64,000 nt of DNA. Origin: Acidobacteriota bacterium (lineage in GTDB: Bacteria; Acidobacteriota; UBA6911; RPQK01; JADFOI01). The position numbers and the translations under genes were made by a program. Under the pieces are notes generated by a model. That model saw only the letters and a list, made by a program, of their open reading frames with translations, had not been told where the DNA came from and ran no database searches. Below are positions 9,508 to 18,977 of the stretch, piece by piece. Location: assembly GCA_965218935.1 (NCBI GenBank), contig CBDCMH010000004.1, positions 103,965 to 167,964 of the forward strand, written 5' to 3'. Within the stretch, counting starts at the first letter, position 1, and every line of letters starts with the position of its first letter.

Positions 9508-10749
9508 CTAATTCTCAGAGTCTGATTCTTCTTCAACTGCGCGGAGTAATTCGATCAGGGAACTCACCTGTTCCGCATCAGGTGCATCTGGAACCAGTTC
9601 AAGATAGCGGGTGAAACTGTCGATGGAACGCTGGGTCTCGGACTGGCGAAAGAAGAGATTCCCGCGATATTTGTAGGGGTCGGCCAACTGTGCGTCCAGC
9701 TCCGTGGCTCGATCCAACTCCTTGAGGGCACGGTTGGAATCCCCCTGAAGAACCAGCAACGCGCCCAGGTTACTGTGGCACTCAGCAAAGTTGTCATCCA
9801 GCTTCACCGCCTCCTCCAGTGCCCCCAGCGCCGCCGTTTCGTCGCCCAACCGGAGATGAGAGAGCCCAAGAATGTTCCGAACCTGGGCTGAGGTGGGATC
9901 GACCTGCACCGCTCGCCGAGCAACCTGCAAGGCCTCCGCGCTCTGGTCCTGCCGCAAATGTAAGGCAGCCAACTCCACATAGGAAGCAATAAAATCGGGG
10001 TTGCTTGCGACGGCCTCCTCCAAGGCTTGCCGTGCCGACTCCTGATCCCCGCCGCGAAGATCGAGCATTCCCAAATTGTGCCGCGCCGGCGCAAAGTTAC
10101 TATCTATTTGCAGAGCCGCCAGCAATTCCTTCCTTGCCCGATCCAACTGGCCAAGCCGGCTCAAGGTAAATCCCAAGTTGTTATAGGCATCAACGTAACC
10201 CGGCCGCACCTGTTTGGCCTTCATAAAAAACTCAGAGGATAGATGGTATTCGCCCCGTCTGTGGTAGACGATTCCCAGTGTGTTGTAGGCCTCCGGGATA
10301 TTGGGATCCAACTCAATAGCTCTCTGCAGATGGACAATGGCTCTGCGATAGAATTGCGTGACATTCATCCGGCGGCCCTGGCGGGCATAGGCGGTGCCCA
10401 AATTGGAATGGGCAATAGCAAAATCCTGGTGGAGATCCAAGGCTTCTTGGTAGGCCTCCATGGCCCTCCCGTAGTCCGCCTTCTCGAAGTAAACCGTGCC
10501 CAGGTTGTTGTAGGCCTCGGCAAACTGCCCATCCAGCTTCAATGCCTGTCGATATTCATCTATAGCCTCGTTCATCTCTCCATCGCGTTGGAAGTTGGCT
10601 CCCCGGAGAAAATGGAGGATGGCACGTATTTCCAGGGATGCCTGAAGGCTGCTTGCGGCTGCCACCGAGGGCGCCGGGGTACCCCAAGCAGTAAGGGAAG
10701 GCCACAACCCACAAAAGATAAGCAGTTTCAAGAAAAAGCGAATTGGCAT
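9508..10749 (-). CDS. Secreted TPR-repeat protein
   Basis: Multiple 34-aa TPR units (AEAYNNLGTVYFEKADYGRAMEAYQEALDL..., repeated about 9 times). Likely start MPIRFFLKLLIFCGLWPSLTAWG (signal peptide) at 10749, with an RBS upstream. The track start at 10776 is an in-frame upstream alternative. Confidence 0.75.
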   Translation of the reverse strand: MPIRFFLKLLIFCGLWPSLTAWGTPAPSVAAASSLQASLEIRAILHFLRGANFQRDGEMNEAIDEYRQALKLDGQFAEAYNNLGTVYFEKADYGRAMEAYQEALDLHQDFAIAHSNLGTAYARQGRRMNVTQFYRRAIVHLQRAIELDPNIPEAYNTLGIVYHRRGEYHLSSEFFMKAKQVRPGYVDAYNNLGFTLSRLGQLDRARKELLAALQIDSNFAPARHNLGMLDLRGGDQESARQALEEAVASNPDFIASYVELAALHLRQDQSAEALQVARRAVQVDPTSAQVRNILGLSHLRLGDETAALGALEEAVKLDDNFAECHSNLGALLVLQGDSNRALKELDRATELDAQLADPYKYRGNLFFRQSETQRSIDSFTRYLELVPDAPDAEQVSSLIELLRAVEEESDSEN

Positions 10750-10873
10750 AAAATCCTCTCTTCCTGCCAAGTGCAATTCGAGCTAGCTTTGTATGACTCC
10801 CCGCCTCCCTTTCAGCGTCGGGAAGCTTGGCTGCTCCATGTTAAACCTTTCATAAGGGTTAAGACAACCCCGA

Positions 10874-12374
10874 ATTGCCTCATCAAAAATCTATTCGAAA
10901 TGGATACGTTGCCTCATTAAAAAATCTATTCGAAATTGCCTGGCCCTGAGCAGGGGAATAGAAGTGTCCTCCATGAAGGAATGGAGGGCACCAATGAGGT
11001 TAACGATGGCAGAAAAGCGTGTATTGATCAAAAGTTTTGCCCCCCGCTACCGGAAGAAGGGCAAGAAGGTGAAGGGGGAAGTGTTGACGGAGTTTACCCA
11101 AATGACGGGCTACAACCGCTGCTATGGAGCCTATCTGCTTCGCCACCAGGGCAAGCGGATCCGGTTGAGCCCCAAGCTGGTGGCGGTAGGGGATATCGGC
11201 AAGAGAGTACGGCGAGAGCGGGCCCGCAAATACGACCAGAAAGTTCTAAAGGCGCTGACGATGATCTGGGAGATACTGGACTATTTGTGTGGCAAACGTC
11301 TGGTCGCGATTTTGCCGGAAGTGGTACCCATTTTACAAAGACATGGGGAACTGAAAGTGGATGCCAGCACCCATGAGCGGTTGATGCAGATCAGCGCCGC
11401 CACCATCGATCGGCTGCTGGAGCCCGAAAGGTGCAAGCACCGTCTCAAAGGACGATCCGGAACCAAGCCGGGAACGCTGCTCAAACACCAGATTCCGATC
11501 AAGCGTTTCGCCGACTGGCAGGAGGATCGCCCCGGTTTTGTGGAAGTGGACCTGGTGGGCCATGAGGGAGGCCAGGGTCGGGGGGACTACCTTCAAACCC
11601 TGGATGTGACGGACGTGTACACGGGCTGGACAGAGGTCCGAGCGGTGCGCAATAAGGCCCAGGTGTGGGTCCTGGAAGCGATGAAGCTGCTTCAGAAGCG
11701 CTCGCCCTTCCCTTGGCTGGGGATGGCTTCGGACAACGGCAGCGAGTTCATCAACAAGCACTTGATTCGTTTTTGTGAGCAGGAAAAGATCAGCTTCAGC
11801 CGAACCCGCCCCTCGCGCAAGAATGACAACCCTTATGTGGAGCAGAAAAACTATTCGGTGGTTCGGCGGGCCGTGGGTTATGCTCGCTACGAGGGAGAGC
11901 GAGAACAGGAGCTGGTGAACGAGTTGTACGATCGGCTGCGACTGCAGATCAACTTTTTCAAGCCGGTCATGAAGATGGTGGCCAAGCAACGTCGAGGGTC
12001 TCGGATCTGGAAAAAGTATGATGTGCCGAAAACTCCCTACCGGAGGATCTGCGAGTCCCCTGAGGTGGCGGACAAGATCAAGCGGGAACTGGCCCGAGAG
12101 TATGAGAAGCTCAATCCGGCCCAGCTGGCACGGCAGATCGGCTGGCTTCAGAATTGCCTTTTGCTCAAACCGACTCCTGAGCAGAAGAAACGATGGGAAG
12201 CGGGCTGGATGTGAAAATCTTTCTCTTGCTGCAGGCTGCGGGTGTTGGGCAAGGGGTTGCCACTCCTCTGGTTGGTGCTTTTTACCACCACTTTTTGCAA
12301 TCCCTTTCGGATAGATTCTTAGTGAGGCAACGAATACCCTTTGGAATAGATTTTTACGTGAGGCAACGGGCCCC
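10874..12374. mobile_element. ~1.5 kb IS element, copy 1 (single rve/DDE transposase; doubled terminal repeats)
   Basis: Sequence 10874-12374 is essentially identical to 39989-41479. The left end carries two direct 24-bp copies of GCCTCAT(C/T)AAAAA(A)TCTATTCGAAAT. The right end carries two copies of the reverse-complement motif (GGATAGATTCTTAGTGAGGC, GGAATAGATTTTTACGTGAGGC). The boundary was defined by where the two copies diverge from their flanks. Confidence 0.8.
10964..12214 (+). CDS. DDE transposase (integrase core / rve superfamily), IS copy 1
   Basis: 416 aa. N-terminal HTH-like region, then a catalytic core with ...FVEVDLVGHEGG...DVTDVYTGW...MASDNGSEFINKHLIRFCEQEKISFSRTRPSRKNDNPYVEQKNYSVVRR. 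The DNGSEF motif and the K/R-D-N-x-x-x-E pattern match the retroviral-integrase-type DDE fold. Confidence 0.8.
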   Translation: MSSMKEWRAPMRLTMAEKRVLIKSFAPRYRKKGKKVKGEVLTEFTQMTGYNRCYGAYLLRHQGKRIRLSPKLVAVGDIGKRVRRERARKYDQKVLKALTMIWEILDYLCGKRLVAILPEVVPILQRHGELKVDASTHERLMQISAATIDRLLEPERCKHRLKGRSGTKPGTLLKHQIPIKRFADWQEDRPGFVEVDLVGHEGGQGRGDYLQTLDVTDVYTGWTEVRAVRNKAQVWVLEAMKLLQKRSPFPWLGMASDNGSEFINKHLIRFCEQEKISFSRTRPSRKNDNPYVEQKNYSVVRRAVGYARYEGEREQELVNELYDRLRLQINFFKPVMKMVAKQRRGSRIWKKYDVPKTPYRRICESPEVADKIKRELAREYEKLNPAQLARQIGWLQNCLLLKPTPEQKKRWEAGWM

Positions 12375-12473
12375 TTTTTCTCTGCCAGACAACAGGTGAA
12401 AGACCCCCCGACTATTCAGAAATCGAACCAGCGGGTATAGTGAGTCGGTGTTGAACAAACCGAGGAGGAACTC

Positions 12474-12947
12474 ATGAAGGACCTGAAGGCCAAGGATATC
12501 ATGAACACGGATGTACTCTCTGTCAGGGATGATATGACCGTTCAGGAATTGGCCAGTTTTTTGACCGAAAGAGAAATCTTGGGGGCACCGGTAGTGGACT
12601 CGGAAGGGGAAGTCGTGGGTGTGGTGTCCTGTACGGATATCGTCCAAAGTACCACCACAGAGGCCAACATCCTCCTGGAAAAATCCACCCCAGGATTTTA
12701 TGAGCACGGTTGGGAGGACAAACTCGATCCGGACGAAATGGTGAGGATGCACGTTGAAGAAAATGAGTCCGTGCCGGTGAGGGAAATCATGACCCCAACC
12801 ATCTACACCGTTCCGGAGGATACGTCTCTCTCTGAAATTGCCAAGGCTATGGTGGCCGGCCGAATCCACAGACTTCTTGTGACTCGAGGCTCTCGACTGG
12901 TGGGGATTATTACCACCCTGGACATGTTGAAGATTTTCTTCAAATAG
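12474..12947 (+). CDS. CBS-domain pair protein
   Basis: 157 aa with two CBS motifs (DIMNTDVLSVRDDMTVQELASFL...GAPVVDSEGEVVGVVSCTDIV and REIMTPTIYTVPEDTSLSEIAKAMVAGRIHRLLVTRGSRLVGIITTLDMLK). Confidence 0.8.
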   Translation: MKDLKAKDIMNTDVLSVRDDMTVQELASFLTEREILGAPVVDSEGEVVGVVSCTDIVQSTTTEANILLEKSTPGFYEHGWEDKLDPDEMVRMHVEENESVPVREIMTPTIYTVPEDTSLSEIAKAMVAGRIHRLLVTRGSRLVGIITTLDMLKIFFK

Positions 12948-13169
12948 AATTCAGTAGCTCATGCTCCATCCCCTTCCTGGTCATGCACTCGAGTAACCAT
13001 CTTCTGCAAACTCTTGAGCCATCGGAGAGGCCATCCTCTACTATGCACAGCACACTATGCCTCTGGAAGTCTGCCTCTGAAAGAGGGCCTACTGGAGCTA
13101 ATGGAGCAACTGGAGGAGAAGGGTCTGGACGTGCTCAAACCCTACAAAACCGGCAACCTGGCCCGGCGC

Positions 13170-14290
13170 TTACTTAAAACGAACAAAAGCGACTTTGAGC
13201 CGGCGTGTTTGAGCCTGGGCCTTCTTCCACTGCACGAGGATGGGGCTCTGGTAGTTCCCTTGCACGATAGAGCCCGTCCCATCCCGGCCCTGCTGGGAGA
13301 CCAGAAGGCTCAGCGATCGCTTCAATCCCAGGAAGCGCGCAGCGGGTACGGCTTGGACCTTGTTGATGATGCGTTCCAAGAGTGACTCGCTCAGTCCCAG
13401 GGCGTCCAGGAACTCATTGACCACCTGTACCAAGTCGTACTCTGCGTAGTTCTTGGCTTTGGCGGGGATGGCCCTGGGATCGCGGAGCATATGCCTACCC
13501 TTTTCGGCCATGAATCGAAAGGGGTTGCGCAGCACCTCCGCCAAATCGTGCGTCATCAGCAGCGTTTCGTATTCATTGACGGTAAGACCGGCATGACGCT
13601 CGTTCGGTGCCAGAGAGATGTCAATCCGGCCATTGACGATCTCATAGTGTTCCAGCAGTTCGTGGAGCTGATCAAACAAGCCGAGACGGGTATCTTTGAG
13701 GTTTACCGAGTCCACGGGATGGCGGGAGAGTGGTATCCCCACCACCGTCTTGTCCACCAGTTCCTCCTCAGTGTAGCCAATCACCGTGGTTTGACGTTGG
13801 CGACTGGTGTCACTGTAGATGCCGTCCAAATCGACAAAGTAAACCGGAGTTTTCGGGGAGTTATGATAAGTCACACAATTTCTCAGGCCCGATCCAATGA
13901 AAGTCAGATGAGAATCAGCATTTCGTGGCTCCCCACGGCGCTGCTCCTCGCTCAGCTCGCTGCGTAGATGGAGTTGATCATGCTGATAGTTGGCTTCGGG
14001 TGGAAACAGCTTCTGGAAAGACTGCACAAAAGCGTGGAGGGAATCGCGACTATGTTCAGCCGCCGGCAGAAGCTCTGGTCGAAGTAGCCAGCCGTTGTGT
14101 GGTAAGAGTAATAAAAGGCTTTTTGAAAGCGCGACAGGATATCGCCAAACTGCTCAGTGATGCGCTCGCTCACATTGATAATATCTACACGGGCCTGCGG
14201 GGTGAGCTCCAGGGTGATCTCTGTTCTCGGGAATACCATCACTAACCTTGCGTCGTTCAGGAGCTTAGGCTCAGCTCCAAAGAAAGTCAA
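13170..14290 (-). pseudogene. YjbQ/UPF0047-family gene (secondary thiamine-phosphate synthase-like) with apparent -1 frameshift and a possible second tandem YjbQ-like domain
   Basis: Frame A (14290-13952) reads ...EITLELTPQARVDIINVSERI...YYSYHTTAGYFDQS, matching the YjbQ N-half (HTSAS-LTLNEN motif). An overlapping frame (from ~14065) reads RDSLHAFVQSFQKLFPPEANYQHD...GEPRNADSHL, matching the YjbQ C-half (RHDMERFF...PDNGNYEHD...MPSHIK). The frames switch in a GC-rich run near 14040-14060. Downstream in the same frame a second HAGLTVNEYE...NYAEYD segment resembles a repeat of the domain. The C-terminal extent is uncertain. Confidence 0.45.
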
Positions 14291-14323
14291 AGAGTCGACA
14301 CCTCTCTATTATATCTTTTTGAG

Positions 14324-15817
14324 GTGAAAAAGGCTGTCAGCATCCTCTTGTCAAAAGGACCGGGTTCAAAAGAAATCCTCATGGTCAAGCGCGAGTCCCG
14401 CCTTCCCTTTTTGGGGGGATACCTCGCCTTTCCGACGGGCACCCTGGAAAAAGAAGATCATGAAACGGCACGCGCACATCTTTCCTTCCATGGTGACGCA
14501 GCAGAGGACTTCCCCGCCTTTGTAGCCGCGGCCGCTCGTGAGCTGTTCGAAGAAACCGGGGTTTGGCTGGCTCGCGGGACCCTTCTGTCCCGGGACAAGC
14601 TGCGGGACTACCGAAGCCAGATTCTCGACCATCAGATTCGCTTCTCCGAGGTTTTGAAACGGGAAAATCAACGGCTGGACAGCAAAGACTTTACACCGAT
14701 GTTCCCCATCACCACTCCCCAGTCCATCCTCAGACATTACGATACCTGGTTCCTGCATTGTCACATTCGGGCTGAAGACGAGATGGAAATCTGGCCCGGA
14801 GAGGTGGAGGAGGGCTACTTCATCACTCCCGAAGAAGTCCTGGAACGCTGGCGGCAAGGAACGGTGTTGATTGCTCCTCCCCTGCCCCTCCTTCTTCATG
14901 AGCTGGCCCCTCGCCACTGCGAAAGCTTTCTTCCAGAGGCGCGTCAGCTGGGCGAATCGTTGAATCGGGGCAAACTGCAACAGATTTATTTCACCCCGGG
15001 AGTGCTGCTGGCGCCCCTCAGGACTCCGACCAAACCCCCTGCTACCCACACCAACGCCTACCTGGTGGGGGACCAAAAACTCTATCTGATCGACCCGGCC
15101 ACTCCCCACTCTTCCGAACAAGAGAAGCTCTGGGAACTGCTGGATGAACTCCTGGCCCAGGGAAAGAGCCTTGAAGGGATCCTTTTGACCCACCATCATC
15201 CCGACCACGTGGGCGCCGTCATCGAGTGTCAACGGCGTTATCAACTTCCTCTTTACGCCCATCAACTGACCTCCCAGTATCTCCCCGATATCGATTTTTC
15301 AGGATCCCTGGAACACGGACAGGAGTTGGACCTGGGTCTTTCGCCCGACGCCCGACCCGACTGGAAATTGCGCGTCTACCATCTTCCTGGACACGCTCCG
15401 GGTCATCTTGTCTTTCAGGAAACTCGCTACCAGGCGGTGATCGCCGGTGATCTCATTTCGACTCTTTCTTCCATGCTCATCGATCCGACGGATGGTCACC
15501 TGGGCACCTACATCGAGTCTCTTCACTTTTTGGAGTCGGTAACGAACGGACATCTTTATCCGAGTCATGGCCCACCTGCCCGGGAGGGTCGAAGAGTTGT
15601 CCATAAAGCCCTGGACCATCGCTACAAACGAAAACAGCAAATTCTCGGGACGCTGGACACCCACCCACAAACTCTCGAAAAGCTGGTGAACGACATTTAC
15701 GCGAAGTTCGATCAAAGAACGAAAAAACTGGCCCGGCGCTCTCTACACTCGAGCCTCATTCAACTGATCGAGGAGGGGGAGGCCGAGGAAACAGAACAAG
15801 GCTACCGCCGAAAGTAG
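14324..15817 (+). CDS. NUDIX hydrolase - MBL-fold metallo-hydrolase fusion protein
   Basis: The N-terminus has a Nudix box (GGYLAFPTG...AAARELFEETGVW, REx2EExGU). The C-terminal half has the MBL signature LLTHHHPDHVGA (HxHxDH) plus downstream His/Asp ligands (LPGHAPGH). Confidence 0.75.
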   Translation: MKKAVSILLSKGPGSKEILMVKRESRLPFLGGYLAFPTGTLEKEDHETARAHLSFHGDAAEDFPAFVAAAARELFEETGVWLARGTLLSRDKLRDYRSQILDHQIRFSEVLKRENQRLDSKDFTPMFPITTPQSILRHYDTWFLHCHIRAEDEMEIWPGEVEEGYFITPEEVLERWRQGTVLIAPPLPLLLHELAPRHCESFLPEARQLGESLNRGKLQQIYFTPGVLLAPLRTPTKPPATHTNAYLVGDQKLYLIDPATPHSSEQEKLWELLDELLAQGKSLEGILLTHHHPDHVGAVIECQRRYQLPLYAHQLTSQYLPDIDFSGSLEHGQELDLGLSPDARPDWKLRVYHLPGHAPGHLVFQETRYQAVIAGDLISTLSSMLIDPTDGHLGTYIESLHFLESVTNGHLYPSHGPPAREGRRVVHKALDHRYKRKQQILGTLDTHPQTLEKLVNDIYAKFDQRTKKLARRSLHSSLIQLIEEGEAEETEQGYRRK

Positions 15818-15827
15818 CAAAGAACAC

Positions 15828-18800
15828 ATGTCTTCTGATTGGGTACTGGCGCCATCGTTTCCTGAACTCCTGGATCCCCTGCTGGAGAAGCTGCGACAAT
15901 GTTGTCTGGACGATCCTTTGGCGCCCAAGTGGATCGTGGTCCCCACTTCAACGGCCGCCAATCACCTTCGCCTCAAACTGGGACAAGAGGTCGAGGAAGC
16001 GGTCTGGGCAGGCGTGCGCCTGATCCCACTCACCTACTTTCTGCGACGGCTCGGGGAAGCCGCCGAGCCCGCTTCCCATCAACGCTGGGGGCCGGCTCTG
16101 GATCTCCTTCTCTTCGAACTTGTCGAGCAGCTCCCTGTGAGTTCCCCGCTGTCACGGCTGCAGCACATGCCCAGTGGTTACCGTCTGCTCCGCCCCACCT
16201 TTTTGGATCTGGCAGATGGAGGCTTTGGCCTCGATCAGTTGGACATTGTGGAGGAGCTGGCAAAGGAACCCGATTTGGCTCCTCTGGAACAGCAAACCCT
16301 CCAGCTTTATGGGGCCTGGATCCGAGTGTTGGCTCAGCAAGATCGGGGTTGGGAACCCCTGGCACATCAGCGGATCCCCGAGTGGATCATGGAAGTCGAT
16401 ACACAAACCCTCATGGCTGCTCTAGCCTGCGAGAGCGGACAGACTCCACAGGTGTTCGTGTATGGTTTTTACGGCTTCACCGATGTCAACGCTCAGGTCA
16501 TCGCGGCCCTGGGAAGACGGATTGATCTGACCCTCTTCTATCCCTTTGTGAAAAAGGGAAAGAAGGCACACCCTGCATTCTCCTTCGGCCAGCCTGTTCT
16601 GGAGGATCTCAAGGTTCGGTTGGGCACAGCGCTCACGGTCGAACCCGACTCTGCGGGAGTCGACGAACAGGAGGGTTCCCCCGAGAGCATCCGCTTTTTC
16701 CTCCCCACCTTTCCTGAAGGGAAAGTTCCAGACCAACCCCCTTTCCTTACCTTCCAATATGCCTCGGGAATCCGGGCCGAAGTCCTCTCAGCAGCCCTTC
16801 GCGTGCGTCGGTGGATGGACGATCCGGAGCATCCGATTCCTGCCGCGGAGATCATGGTGGTGGCACCGGACAGCGCACCCTATTTCGATTCGATGCGAGA
16901 GGTTTTCGCTGCCTTCGCCATCCCTCTTCGCACGGTCGACGTTCCTGTGGGACTGAGTCCCGGCGGCCGCCCCTTACGCATGCTGGCCCGCATCTGGGAG
17001 GACCAGGCTTCAGCTGAGTGGCTTCTGGCTTACTTGCGGGACTATCCGGTGGCGGCTGCTCGAGGGATCAACCTGGACGAATTCGAACGGAAAGTCCGCC
17101 AATTAGGGGTTTGGGGAGATAGCAGCTGGAACGCTCTCCTTCCTCCCGAGCCCAACCACCCTCAGGTCCGGGAGAGCTATCTTCCCAGCTTCACCAGCCA
17201 GGAGAAGGCACTGGTCCAGGAAATTCTGGATCTGTGGGGAAGGGGTTCGAGGACTCAGGAGCGCACCTTCACGCCGAAGCGAGCTGCTCATTTTCTGAAC
17301 AAGCTCCGGGAAAGGTGGCTCCATGAACCCACCCTTTTGGACCCCTTGGTGGAAGCCCTCCAGTTCATGGAATCGTACCGCCCAGACCTGCCCATTAAAG
17401 AGTCGATGCTCCGGGAAATGCTCCTCCAGGTTGTCGACGATCTGGTGCAGAGCGATCCCCTGGACCGCCCCGGCGTCCTTTTCGTGCCTTCCATGCGAGC
17501 CCGCAGCCTGACCTCAAGAGCGACCGTCCTGTTGGGACTGGCCTCGGGAACCTGGCCTCCGCGTATCGAGGAGGATCCCCTTTTCTCCGACGCTTCACGG
17601 AGACGTCTGATGAGCAAAGCCCGCGACGTGGGACATCTGCTGCCGGTCAAGTCCCAGGTCAGCGAGGAAATGTCAATGCTCTTCTTTCTGTTGAACACCT
17701 CAGCCGAGCAGGTTCATTGGGTGATTCCGGAAAGTGACGATACGGGGCGAAGCGTGGCCCCTACCCCCTGGGTGCAGCGCTACATTCAACGCTGGGGCGG
17801 CGAACAGACCGAAACGGCGTGGAGCCGCATTCCCCGTGGACCGGCCCAGCAGGGAGAAGATCTCCTCAAACTGGACTCACAGGGCGGCTCCTTTCTTCCC
17901 CCTGATTTTCTGGTCCTCCTTCATCCCGACAGAACGAGCCTCCTCTCCGGGGAGATCCCTTACCCTTACCTTCTTCAAGCAAGAGAATTGAGGGGTCGAG
18001 AGCTGGACTGGAATGGACATATTCCGTCAGCCGCCCTGCCCGCAGGAAGGGAAGGAGAGCGAGTCAACGTGACCGATCTTGAGGTCCTGGCCAAATGTCC
18101 TTACCGTTTTTATGCGGACCGGTCAATGAAATGGAAACCTTTGATCGCCCTTCAATTTGTAGACGAAATGAATCCACTGGATTGGGGAAGTCTGGTTCAC
18201 AGTTTCCTGGAACACCTGATCGAGCCCGCACTCGGCCCGAAAACTTCCATGAAGGAAATCGCCGAATCCCTGTTGCGCTCTGAAGCAAAGGAGCTGGGTC
18301 AGGCTGCCAGGGAGTTTTTTGCCCGATTATCCCAGCGATTGGAAGTGCTGCCTCCTGTGTTTCGCCAGGCAGCGCTGAACAGACTGGAAAAGACGATCCA
18401 GGACTATCTGCAAGAGGTGGTGAAACACGGCCCTGAGGAAGATGTTCCGATGGACCTCGAATTCAAGAAGAGAGTTCCTTTTCCAGGTCTGGAAGAACTT
18501 CTGATTTCAGGACAGATGGACCGCATTGACCAACAGGATGGCCAGTTGCACATCTATGACTACAAGAGCGGCTCAGCACCCTATCCGAAACAGCTGGAGC
18601 GGGACGTTTCCCTGGGATATCGGGTGCAGTCCATCCTCTATCCCTGGATTTTCCATCACCCGAAAACGGAGTCTGAGACGGGATTCTCTTTTGTCTTTTT
18701 GGGGGATTCTCCCCCCAAGGAAATGCCGGTGAAGACCCAACCGGTGGTTGAGGAGTTCCTGCAGCCACTGGCCGAAATTCTCCAGAAGGGAATGTACTTG

Positions 18801-18977
18801 CCCACTCCAACCCAGACCCTGAAATTGAATGACATCGAGGGGGCCCATTCCTGCCACTATTGTGAATTCCTCTCTCTTTGCCGCCGCTTTGATCGAGGCG
18901 CCCATGATCGCTATTCCAGTTTCCTGAAGAGCCAGCTTCCCGCTCGCCTGAAGGCCATGAAGGAAAATCATCCATGA
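15828..18977 (+). CDS. addB: AddB/RexB-type helicase-nuclease subunit B (PD-(D/E)XK nuclease with C-terminal Fe-S cysteines)
   Basis: 1049 aa, immediately upstream of and overlapping the AddA-like gene by 4 bp. C-terminal RecB-type nuclease motif GQMDRIDQQDGQLHIYDYKSG and cysteine cluster ...CHYCEFLSLC. No canonical N-terminal Walker A (the equivalent region reads KWIVVPTSTAANHLRL). Confidence 0.65.
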   Translation: MSSDWVLAPSFPELLDPLLEKLRQCCLDDPLAPKWIVVPTSTAANHLRLKLGQEVEEAVWAGVRLIPLTYFLRRLGEAAEPASHQRWGPALDLLLFELVEQLPVSSPLSRLQHMPSGYRLLRPTFLDLADGGFGLDQLDIVEELAKEPDLAPLEQQTLQLYGAWIRVLAQQDRGWEPLAHQRIPEWIMEVDTQTLMAALACESGQTPQVFVYGFYGFTDVNAQVIAALGRRIDLTLFYPFVKKGKKAHPAFSFGQPVLEDLKVRLGTALTVEPDSAGVDEQEGSPESIRFFLPTFPEGKVPDQPPFLTFQYASGIRAEVLSAALRVRRWMDDPEHPIPAAEIMVVAPDSAPYFDSMREVFAAFAIPLRTVDVPVGLSPGGRPLRMLARIWEDQASAEWLLAYLRDYPVAAARGINLDEFERKVRQLGVWGDSSWNALLPPEPNHPQVRESYLPSFTSQEKALVQEILDLWGRGSRTQERTFTPKRAAHFLNKLRERWLHEPTLLDPLVEALQFMESYRPDLPIKESMLREMLLQVVDDLVQSDPLDRPGVLFVPSMRARSLTSRATVLLGLASGTWPPRIEEDPLFSDASRRRLMSKARDVGHLLPVKSQVSEEMSMLFFLLNTSAEQVHWVIPESDDTGRSVAPTPWVQRYIQRWGGEQTETAWSRIPRGPAQQGEDLLKLDSQGGSFLPPDFLVLLHPDRTSLLSGEIPYPYLLQARELRGRELDWNGHIPSAALPAGREGERVNVTDLEVLAKCPYRFYADRSMKWKPLIALQFVDEMNPLDWGSLVHSFLEHLIEPALGPKTSMKEIAESLLRSEAKELGQAAREFFARLSQRLEVLPPVFRQAALNRLEKTIQDYLQEVVKHGPEEDVPMDLEFKKRVPFPGLEELLISGQMDRIDQQDGQLHIYDYKSGSAPYPKQLERDVSLGYRVQSILYPWIFHHPKTESETGFSFVFLGDSPPKEMPVKTQPVVEEFLQPLAEILQKGMYLPTPTQTLKLNDIEGAHSCHYCEFLSLCRRFDRGAHDRYSSFLKSQLPARLKAMKENHP

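Noticed and set aside
11333-11989. 218-aa minus-strand ORF (and its twin at 40449-41612)
   Set aside because: Antisense to the IS transposase. Present in both IS copies only because the DNA is duplicated.
12193-12399. 68-aa ORF spanning the right end of IS copy 1
   Set aside because: Crosses the IS boundary into the flank and terminates at once. Artefact of the open frame at the IS terminus.
13491-13967. 158-aa plus-strand ORF
   Set aside because: Opposite strand to the YjbQ-like frame, which has recognisable family motifs. Its composition (R/H/Q-rich) looks antisense.
14366-15265. 299-aa minus-strand ORF
   Set aside because: Antisense to the NUDIX-MBL gene, which has clear Nudix and HxHxDH motifs.
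15899-16525. 208-aa plus-strand ORF
   Set aside because: Alternate frame within addB. Extremely Arg/Gly/Ser-rich.
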